From the NCBI GenBank assembly GCA_951406725.2, contig OX597828.1, forward strand, positions 41,850,001 through 41,914,000: DNA of 64,000 bases, in the 5' to 3' direction. Position 1 is the stretch's first letter; each line of letters begins with the position of its first letter. This DNA is from Octopus vulgaris (Eukaryota). Made by a program: the position numbers and the translations under genes. The notes below the pieces were generated by a model. That model did no database searches. It was given only the letters and a program-made list of their open reading frames with translations, and was not told where the DNA came from. Below, one piece after another: positions 53,711-64,000 of the stretch.

Positions 53711-54047
53711 GAAGGCACATGGCTCAGTTGTTAGAGTGCAGAGCTTACGATCGTGGGGTTGTGAGTTCGATTCTCGGATCGAGCTCTGTGTTGTGTTCTT
53801 GAGCAAGACACTTTATTTCACGTTACTCCTGTTAACTCAGCTGTAGAAATGAGTTGCGACATCACTGGTGCCAAGCTGTATCGGCCCCTTTTGCCTTTCC
53901 CTTGGATAACATCGGTGGTGTGGAGAAGGGAGGCTGGTATGCATGGACGACTGCTACCCTTCCACAAACAATCTTGCCCTGACTTGTGCCTCGGAGGGTA
54001 ACTTTCAAGGTGCAATCCCATGGTCATTTATGACCGAAGAGGGTCTC
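53711..54047 (+). mobile_element. tRNA-derived SINE family D (CORE-like ttgagcaagacact segment)
   Basis: tggctcagttgttagag A-box and gagttcgattc B-box; paralogue at 56066-56360. Confidence 0.8.
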
Positions 54048-54789
54048 CTCATATAGGGATCGGACAATAAGCGTAAGCCAGTGGCAACGGAAGCAATATA
54101 AAAAGGAAGAGAAGAATAAAAACGAAATACCGAACAAGTTATATGATGGTCTGCAGGCCACGTTTGACACCACTATTACACAGCTTTGCTGGAGTTTTTT
54201 TTGTTGTCAAGCATTCAAGTGGCTTTTGTCTGGATGCTGTTCAAGTGGACCAAAAAACGCGTGACGGAGTCACTGGATTGTTTCAGAATAGTTTGGATCT
54301 TGCAATATAGAATATCTTGCAGAACCCAGAAAGTAAATAGGCGATGCTGGACGTGATCAGCAGCAAAGAGCAGGCACTTATATGCCAGTCTTGTTCAGCA
54401 ACCCAATGGCAAATATCTACCTCAACTGGCAACGGGACAAGAGAATCTCCAGTTCCGTGAGTCGATGAGAGAATTCGCTGCTGAGAAAATTTGAACACGG
54501 TAGATCACATTGATAGGTTTCGGCCCATAACTCTGTGGATCTCAAAGTTTTGTCCAAGGCGTTGGCGATGAGTTTAGCGCTTGTCGTCTGTAATCTGAAT
54601 GGTGATATGGAATCATGTACCATCCTCAATAGATCGATCTACTACAATTTTAATATTGTGTGTAACAGCACCAAAGTGTGAGAGCAGTATTTCATTGTGG
54701 ACATCAATAGAATTTTCTCAAGTATAAGCTATTATATGGCGAATGAAATACCGTCTGAAAAAAATGATAATTAAGACAGGAAGCATTTT

Positions 54790-55005
54790 TCTGTACTACA
54801 ACACAAAGCCTGAAGTTTTGTTGGTAGGGGGCTACTCGATTACATCAACCCCAGTACATAACTGGTACTTATTTCACCGAACCCGAAAGGCTGGAAGATA
54901 AAGACGTCCTCAGCGGTATTTGAACTCAGAACGTGAAGTGCCAGAAGAGATGTCGCTAAGCATTGTCTCCAGCGTGCTAAGAACTCTGCCAAGCATCCGG
55001 CCTTT
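54790..55005 (-). mobile_element. Family A SINE, degenerate
   Basis: ccccagtacataactggtacttatt ... tttgaactcagaacgt ... cgtgctaa. Confidence 0.7.
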
Positions 55006-55316
55006 AGGGCAAGGAATACTATTATGCTAATTAGAAATAATTATATAATGAAGATGTAATGACTTACGTTATTTTAAGTAATGCCGCAAAGTGTGTGATC
55101 ATCAAAGATGAATTAACGATTAACTAATCATTATTTCGATAATTTATGACGAGCTTTGTGCTTAGGTAAACATATCCAGAGTTACCTCCTGTACTTGGCA
55201 AATTAACTTAAATAATATTAGTCATTGGCTAAAATAAGACACAATTTTAGAACTACAAAAATTGTTCAAAAAAGTTTCCTCTATCAAATACCTTAGTACT
55301 AACTTGGCTATATATA

Positions 55317-55866
55317 TTGGGTTATCCGAAAAGTTTGTGCCGATTTTTAAAGGAAAGAAAAAGGTCAATAAATATTTGCCATTACATTTTTAATCAACCA
55401 AATATGAAGCATTTTGTTGCACAATGCGACTCCATCTTTCCTTTAACTTGAAAATACCCTCTTCCTAGAATTGAGGAATTCATCAAGGTATCTTTTTACG
55501 TCGTCCAAGGAATTGAAGTTGTTACCACTAAGACTATTCTGCAGAGACCTGAATAAGTGGAAATCCGAACGAGCAATATCTCGTGAATATGGAAGGTGGG
55601 GTTACACATCCCAGCCAAGGTGCAGCAAATTTTGTCATGTTTCCAATGCATCAAGTGTCGAAAATGAACTTTCTTATCTTCCATTTTTAAGGGTTACAGA
55701 ATGAACACAGCTTATAGGAACATAAACCTTCTTCCATGAAAAGATAGCTTAAACTGTGCTCTAAATGGAGGTGTAGTCAAATCCTATTTTATGGACTGAA
55801 GCATGTTCTAAAATAAGTCGAAAGGTAAGCTACTATAAATCGGCACGAACTTTCCGGACAACCCAA
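55317..55866 (-). mobile_element. Non-autonomous mariner deletion derivative (same family as 22425-22990)
   Basis: Same TIRs, TA TSD and same MEDKKVHFRHLM fusion point. Confidence 0.92.
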
Positions 55867-56065
55867 TATATACTACAAAACATGCACACACTCACCCCCC
55901 CCACACACACACACACACCGCAATACATACATACATACTTACATGCATACATATATTTGTATATTAAAACAGGATGTTGGAAAAATTGTTTGCTATTATT
56001 TATTCCCCATTAAAAATGTTTCATTTACTAATAGGAATTACGAAATTATATATGTCGGATAGTGT

Positions 56066-56360
56066 TAAGGCGCATGGTTCAGTGGTTAGAACGTCGGGCT
56101 AACAATCACGTGGAAGTGAGTTCGATTACCGGACCGAGCTGTGTTGTGTTCTTGAGCAACGCACGTTGCTCCTGTTCACTCGGCGGAAGAAATGATTGGC
56201 AGCGTCAAGGGTGCCGTGCTGCATCATCCTTTGCCTTTCCCTTGGACAACATCGGTGGTGTGGAAAGGGGAGACTGGTATGCATGGACAACTGCTGGCCT
56301 TCCATAAATAACCTTGCCCTAACTTGTGGCACGGAGGGGAACGTTCTAGGTGCAATCCAT
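56066..56360 (+). mobile_element. Family D SINE
   Basis: tggttcagtggttagaac head; tttgcctttcccttggacaacatcggtggtgtgga shared with the 53711 copy. Confidence 0.8.
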
Positions 56361-56486
56361 CGCTGGATTAACACTTAAGCAAAATAAACACGTGCTTAGG
56401 GCATCGAGGGAAGGGTGGCACCACAGAAATTGTAAATAGTTTATGGCAAATCAGAAATCGTTTTAAACTTGCTAAAATAAACATTA

Positions 56487-56780
56487 GTGGAGGCACGTGG
56501 TCTAGTGGTTAGAGTAGCGGACTCGCGGTCGAGGGATTACGGGTTCGAATCTCAGACCGGGCGATGTGTGTTTATGAGTGAAACACCTAAGCTCCACGCA
56601 GTTCCAGCAGAAGGTAATGGCAAACTTCTGCTGACTCTTTCGCCACAACTTTCTCTCACTCTTTCCTCGTGCATCTTGCAGCTCACCTGTGACGGACCGG
56701 CGTACCATCCAGGTGGGGAACGTATACGTGAAGGAAACCGGCCCTTATGAGCCAGGCCTGGTTCGAGAAGGAAAAAACAA
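56487..56780 (+). mobile_element. Family C SINE (short subfamily)
   Basis: Matches 32992-33272. Confidence 0.85.
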
Positions 56781-56886
56781 AATAAACATTATTGAGTGTA
56801 CCTTTCCAAATGTGTCCCTTCCGTATATTTTTAACATTAATGGTCACAGTTTACTCAGATAAGCGTTCATTTTCTCAGTTGACGTA

Positions 56887-57302
56887 TACTCTTTTACTCT
56901 TTTACTTTTTTCAGTCATTTGACTGTGGCTATGCTGGAGCACCACCTTTAGTCGAGCAAATCGACCCCAGGACTTATTCTTTGTAAGCCTAGTACTTATT
57001 CTATCGGTCCCTTTTGCCGAACCATTAATTTACGGGAACGTAAACACACCAGCATCGGTTGTCAAGCGATGTTGGGGGTACAAACACAGACACACAAACA
57101 CATATACACACATTCATATATACATATATATACATATATAAGACGAGCTTCTTTCAGTTTCGGTCTACCAACTCCACTCACAAAGCTTCGGTCGGCCCGA
57201 GGCTATAGTAGAAGACACTTGCCCAAGGTGCCACGCAGTGGGAGTGAACCCGGAACCATGTGGTTGGTAAGCAAGCTAATTACCACACAGCCACCCCTAC
57301 GC
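56887..57302 (-). mobile_element. Family B SINE, full length
   Basis: Complete tail, core and head. Confidence 0.9.
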
Positions 57303-58338
57303 TGATTGCTTTATTTTTACTAAGAAAAGAAGCAGATACGTTACGTATGATTAATTTTGAAAGTTTAATTTGCAATTAAAGAAAGTTAGAGAAAACTTTT
57401 CAAATATATATAAAGTGGAATTATACAAGAATAAACATTATTTTCCATCTTACTGTTAGTTTTGTTTCATTTTGAAAAATGAAAAATTTATTTCCTGGTT
57501 TATTATTGTTTATATTCTGGATTACATAAATGTTGGGGTCACTAAAACCTTTTAAGTGCTTAGGGCCTCTATGGTCTTAATCCAGCCCTGGTGCAATCAC
57601 ATGGACATTCTTGACCGAAGCGGGAACTTGACCCTTTTTTTTTACCTGTCAGATAAATATGCAAGACATTTTCTGTTAGAAATTCTTGAGACAGACAATC
57701 AAATAATACGAAATTTACATTTGGACGAAGCATTTATATACACTTTGTAATCAGGAGGAAAGACAATAAAGAGCAAATTATATACCCATAAATTCTTGTA
57801 TAGAAATTTACATACATGAATACACATGTATACATATTCACACACACACACACGCACGCACGCACGCACGCACGCACGCACACACGCACACACACCTCAT
57901 ATAGAAGCCCATACAAATACATAGGTATACATATCTGTCAAAGACAAATACGTACTTACGCGCACACTTACATACACACGCACACGGTTGTTGACGTCAC
58001 TGTGACGTAGAATTAGTGATATTATATTTCAATAGACTCTTTCTGAGATGCTGCTTTCATTAGTGTTTCCTTACTTAATGAAAGGAAGTAGGATAAGCGC
58101 GAACACAATCACGGAAGCATTCACGCGCACATATGCAATCATATTATGTATTTTCGACCACACAAATATACAGCGAATATACACACTTGTGCGTCACTAC
58201 GCGCAAGTTTCATTCATACATACTTACACACACACACATATATATATATATGTATATATACGCATATATATATATATGCATATATATGCAAGTCCGCTGC
58301 TCTAACCACTGGGCCATTGCATCTCCCCACACACACAC

Positions 58339-58480
<142 letters not shown>

Positions 58481-58496
58481 GTATATATATATATAT

Positions 58497-58536
<40 letters not shown>

Positions 58537-59122
58537 AAGAAAGACAGGGAGGGAGAGAGGAGAGAAACATAGAAAAAGAGATGAGAGAAGGAAGTAGAGA
58601 GATGAGATAGCAAAAATAGCAAAGCAGTAAGAAAGAGTTGCAGGAAAAATGGAGGAAGTCAACGGAGGAACCAGTTACGTCACTTCCGTCTACTTGAGCT
58701 GTTAAGTTTAGCAGTTTATAGTGTAAGCACTGTCACCTTGTATCTCTCTCTCTCTCTCATTTTCCCTCTCACTCTCTCCCCACCTCTCTGTCCCTCTTCC
58801 TCGTATTTCTATTACTGGTCTTCAACTTATAATAGACTTCCTACTTGAATATACAATATGTTGTGTGTACATACGTATGTTATGTAGGTATGCATGTATG
58901 TATGCATATATATATATATGTATTATGTATGTGCGAATACACATATATATTTATATAAGTACATGGTAGGTGTTTATGCAATATGAGAGATAGATATGAT
59001 TTACATATAAGCATGCATACTAACATGTGCACACACTCATTATATGCACACATGCACACACATACACACACATAACACACACCCACAAACATACCCCCCC
59101 CCACAAGTATATATAAGAAAAA

Positions 59123-59212
59123 GTTTGAAAAGTACCTTCGAAGTTTCAGATTACTTGCCATCTCGAAACTGATGACGGCAAGTAAGCCGAAACGTCGAAG
59201 TTACTTTCAAAC
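59123..59212 (+). ncRNA. Minimal hammerhead core inside an imperfect inverted repeat
   Basis: CUGAUGA(59169-59175)-c-GGC-aaguaa-GCC-GAAA-CG-UC; 59123-59162 is an inverted copy of 59174-59212; stem I is not evident. Confidence 0.5.
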
Positions 59213-59251
59213 GGTTATTAATATAAATAAATAAACACTGTATTCTACAGA

Positions 59252-59660
59252 ACTCTTTACTCTTTTACTCTTTTACTTGTTTCAGTCATTTTACTGCGGC
59301 CATGCTGGAGCACCGCTTTAATCGAGCAACTCGACCCCGGGACTTATTCTTTTTGTAAGCCAAGTACTTATTCTATCGGTCTCTTTTGCCGAACCTCTAA
59401 GTAACGAGGACGTAAACACACCAGCATCGGTTGTCAAGCAATGCTAGGGGGACAAACACAGACACACAAACAAACACACATACATATATATATATACATA
59501 TATACGACAGGCTTATTTCAGTTTCCGTCTACCAAATCCACTTACAAGGCATTGGTCGGTCCGGGGCTATAGCAGAAGACACTTGCCCAAGATGCCACGC
59601 AGTGGGACTGAACCCGGAACCATGTGGTTGGTTAGTTAGCTACTTACCACACAGCCACTG
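59252..59660 (-). mobile_element. Family B SINE, full length
   Basis: Complete tail, core and head. Confidence 0.9.
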
Positions 59661-59861
59661 TTTTTGTATATAACTTAACATAGAAACAAACGTTAATATA
59701 TATCTGTGTGTTTACAGTTTAATCTCTGGTTTGTGAACGGTTTTGTTCTCATTTGAAAATGTAAACAAATTTTCTGTAGGTAGAAAAAATATCGTGATTA
59801 TTGTCTTGACATCTATCGTCTCTTTGGATACTCAAAAATAGCAAGAAAGTGACTCACCCAA

Positions 59862-59954
<93 letters not shown>

Positions 59955-60094
59955 GCACCTATAGAACAAAAAACAAAATGCGCTTTGCTCTCATGTATTT
60001 TCCGAGGTTACTGTGGTTTTTTCGTAGGTTTTTTCTAAACGCGGGCGTGATTTGGAACGCAACTCACGCGATATTCGAGGGATTATTGTGTGTG

Positions 60095-60147
<53 letters not shown>

Positions 60148-60449
60148 ATAGTGATATTTATTTTTAATTAATCTTAATCTTTTTAAAGTTTTCTCTGAAT
60201 AGTGGATCCTGAAAATAATAAATGTAAAGAAATAGAAATGATATCTATATATATGTATATGTGTATATGTATGTATATGATATGTGTATATATGTGTGTA
60301 TTATATATATATATATATATATTATATTATATGTATGTATATATATATATATGTATATATATTCTTTTTTTTTTTTTCTCGATTAGATTTATTATTATTA
60401 TATATTATTGTTATACATACATATATACATACATACATACATACATACA

Positions 60450-60485
<36 letters not shown>

Positions 60486-60527
60486 TACACAATAATCCCT
60501 CGAATATCGCGTGAATTGCGTTCCAAA

Positions 60528-60596
<69 letters not shown>

Positions 60597-60826
60597 CATA
60601 CATACATACACAGACATTTGATGTGCGTGCGTGCCTGCTGCTTTTAATATTCACGCACAAACACGGACACTCATACAAGAAGGCTTCAGCACAGTTTCCA
60701 CTCACAAAATCGTAATGCAAAGCTATAATAGAAGACGCATGCTTAAAGTGTCGCACACCAGGATCGAATACGGAACAGTGCGGCTACACACCGAATTTCT
60801 CAGCCACGCAGCCAATCCCGTCTCCT

Positions 60827-60899
<73 letters not shown>

Positions 60900-60902
60900 A
60901 TA

Positions 60903-60996
<94 letters not shown>

Positions 60997-61272
60997 ATTA
61001 TTATTATATATTGCAAGGGATGTATATAGTAAAATGACGACAACGGAAGCACTTGAGCACTTGTTGACCTTTCACCTTCTTGATTGGTTGGCGACAACTT
61101 AGATGAAGAGAAGATTCAGGGTAATAACGATGGCTACCACAACGAGGGAGATTCGTGACCATGCTTCTTGTTGTTCTTTAACCCCAGGTTAGCCTTGAGT
61201 GAGCAGATTTATAATGAAAAACGTCTCTGCCGTAAATATTTTTGTTTTCAGTGATAATGTATCTAAGACTAT

Positions 61273-61636
61273 GTGGGGACGCAATGGCCCAGTGGTTAGG
61301 GCAGCGGACTCACGGTCGTAGAACCGCAATTTCGATTCCCAGACCGGGCGTTGTGAGTGTTTGTTGAGCGAAAACATGTAAAGCTCCACGAGGCTCCAGC
61401 AGGGCGTGTTGGCGAACTCTGCTGTACTCTTTCAACACAACTTTCTCTCGCTCTTTCTCCCTGTTTCTGTTATGCCTGTATTTCAAAGGGCCAGCCTTGT
61501 CACACTCTGTGTCACACTGAATCTCTCCGAGAACTACGTGTCTGCGGAGTGCTCAGCCTTTTGCACGTTAATTTCACGAGCAGGCTGTTCCGTTGATCGG
61601 ATCAACTGGAACCCTCGTCGTCGTAACCGATGGAGT
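61273..61636 (+). mobile_element. Family C SINE
   Basis: Matches 25791-26176. Confidence 0.85.
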
Positions 61637-62269
61637 ACTACGATCTAAGACTACATTACTCAATGTTATTATTTTGTTGAACGGTAGGATGTGATGTGGG
61701 GCTTGTTGGTTAATATTTTTAGAAGGTCAAGTGGATGCCTAGTGGCTCTCTCAATAGCTTATAGGGCGAATGAGGATTATGGTGGTGATGGTGATGACTG
61801 ATGGTGATGATAGTGATGTTGAAGGCTGTAGTGTGTTAAGATGATAGCCTCACACACATATATTATAGACAACCACTTTTACTCCCACACATATACACAC
61901 GTCAATCACACATACCACGTGCACAGACACACACATATATACATACATACTTACGCACTAGTTTATTTATACACATAAACACACGCTCTCATACACACAC
62001 ACAAACACATATTTTTAAGCTTTCACACACATACATACACACGCGCTCGCCCCCCTACGCATACATACATATTCACACATACTCACACACACACCATTCT
62101 TACGTACACACACGCGCTTCTGCACGGTAGTTCAACCGGGTCACTGTTATCTCCCCTTCACTCGGCCTCTTTCTTCCGGTGATTTCATCATGTTAAACCG
62201 TCAATTCCGACAATCCTTTTCTCTCTCCGTTTCTCTCTCTCCCCTCTCCTTTTCTTTTTCCTTTCATCC

Positions 62270-62305
62270 CTTTCTGTCGAAGAGCCTAGGCTCGAAACGT
62301 CAAAG
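62270..62305 (+). ncRNA. Minimal hammerhead motif, CUGUNGA family
   Basis: cuuu-CUGUCGA-A-GAGC-cuag-GCUC-GAAA-CG-UC-aaag. Confidence 0.7.
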
Positions 62306-62429
62306 AAAGACGTTTCCATTCTGTCCGAGCATCAAACTAATACACCTGCTTGTTGTTCCCGCACCTGTCTTTGTCTTCTGTTTTCTAAATCATAAATACA
62401 TATTATGTATGTACATACTGATATATATG

Positions 62430-62509
<80 letters not shown>

Positions 62510-62605
62510 ACATATATATATGTACGTATATATACATATATATAAATAGATATATATATGCATTTACGTACGTACATACATACATACATACATTATATAC
62601 ACATA

Positions 62606-62645
<40 letters not shown>

Positions 62646-62757
62646 CGTACATACATACATACATATATGTATATATATATATATATGAGCGTCAAATAAT
62701 ACTTTAATTGTTCCACGTCCTCGCGTTGCTGTGTTTTTTTCTGTTTTCTTGTTTGGA

Positions 62758-62828
<71 letters not shown>

Positions 62829-62899
62829 GCGTGATGCATATATATATATTTATATATATATCCCATATATATATTTATATATATATCCCATCCCCTCAA

Positions 62900-63460
62900 G
62901 CAAACACCAAAAACTGTGATCTAAACAACATTATCATAATGAACGCCAGGAGCTCAATTTTAGTCTATGACGATTTCGAATGGGTAAAATGGAAATAATC
63001 TTGACATCTTCATGGAGAACTATAATGGTGAAGAGGTAATCGATCTCGTGTGACTATTTGGGATGGAATCTTTCATTAATCATACGACTCCGGATTGTAT
63101 AGAGATGAGGGCTGACTAATGTAATGCAATATGAACAGTTAAATCAAGGAAATATTTAAAGAGGATTTTATAGGAATATTTAAGGTGTTTTGGCATAAAT
63201 ATAACCGTAAAAATTAATTTAACGAAAGCCAGCTTCCTATATATAACACTAGATTTAAATGCAAGCCGACACTATCTTTAAGGAAATGTAAACGCGGTGT
63301 CTATGTACATTCTACGAAAATTTACATCACTAATCTATCATTATGAAGCTTACAAATGGAATGAATAGAAAAGTCTCTGATGGATTTTCAGATAGGAACT
63401 CTTTAACGGGACCGCTTCTGCTCTGACGATATACTTTACAGAAGCGGTTTCTACGAGAAA
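62900..63460 (+). pseudogene. Penelope-like reverse transcriptase remnant
   Basis: LDIFMENYNGEEVIDLV (compare FDVTMGSYDGAEVCELV), GLYRDEGL at 63092-63115 (compare GLYRDDGL) and FGINITVKINLTKASFLYITLDL; stops and frameshifts present. Confidence 0.75.
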
Positions 63461-64000
63461 CTACACATGGTGAACGCGCCACCTATTGGCATCGAACTAG
63501 GAACAAAGAGCTGACCTGATTTAATCCACAATTTAATTCAGTCGCTACCACTCACATATCCAGAAACTTTTTAGTTTTTGTCGCTCTATACTTCTTATCG
63601 ATACACAAATACAATAAACTTTTTCAAGACACACAAGGTTAAGTTTAGTTATTTCCCTTTGAATAACATCATTTTTTGGATGAAACAATATAACCGAAAA
63701 CACAACCCCTCTAACACTAGATTAACTCTACTGAAGTTTCTATACCTTACTGCATAGGGATTTCTGTCTGTTATCGAGCATCTATAACATTCCTGAGCAG
63801 TATTGAAAGGAAACACAACGAGTGCTCAGCAAACACTTTCAATGTACGTTACTATTAGTACTGTTATTCACTTAGTTCAATGAATACGAAAAACTCCCCA
63901 TCTGAACGCCTGTCACTATGTAACCCAAGAAAGCGTCGCACAAAATGCTAAATGTTATGCTTCGACTCTTTATGTTCTCAGTTCAAATTTCATTTACACC

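Noticed and set aside
54090-54640. Coding-like composition with short ORFs
   Set aside because: No recognisable motif or splice pattern; it needs a translated database search.

Overview
AT-rich, microsatellite-saturated animal genomic DNA, most likely from an octopus (inferred from the tRNA-derived SINE families; not verifiable here). It reads as intronic or intergenic: only one plausible host exon was found (14285-14357, Munc13-4/BAIAP3-like), and almost all ORFs in the track are microsatellite translations. The mobile content comprises four tRNA-derived SINE families (about 40 copies), a young 5'-truncated Tx1-type LINE inside a (TCTA)n tract, R4/Dong and RTE fragments, mariner/Tc1/Tigger derivatives and many Penelope-like (PLE) remnants. 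The strongest signal is RNA-structural: more than 15 hammerhead-ribozyme motifs, mostly in (TA)n-embedded PLE-like termini. They include (i) canonical type I hammerheads, (ii) minimal dimer-type hammerheads with non-canonical cores (A6U, U4C) and visible covariation, and (iii) a rearranged, non-circularly permuted hammerhead carried once per unit of a near-identical 844-bp tandem repeat (4449-6416), with the same strand order in an unrelated neighbouring element. A second notable observation is that the most abundant SINE shares its 3' terminal about 43 nt with the Tx1 LINE. All structures were read by eye; none were computed or searched.
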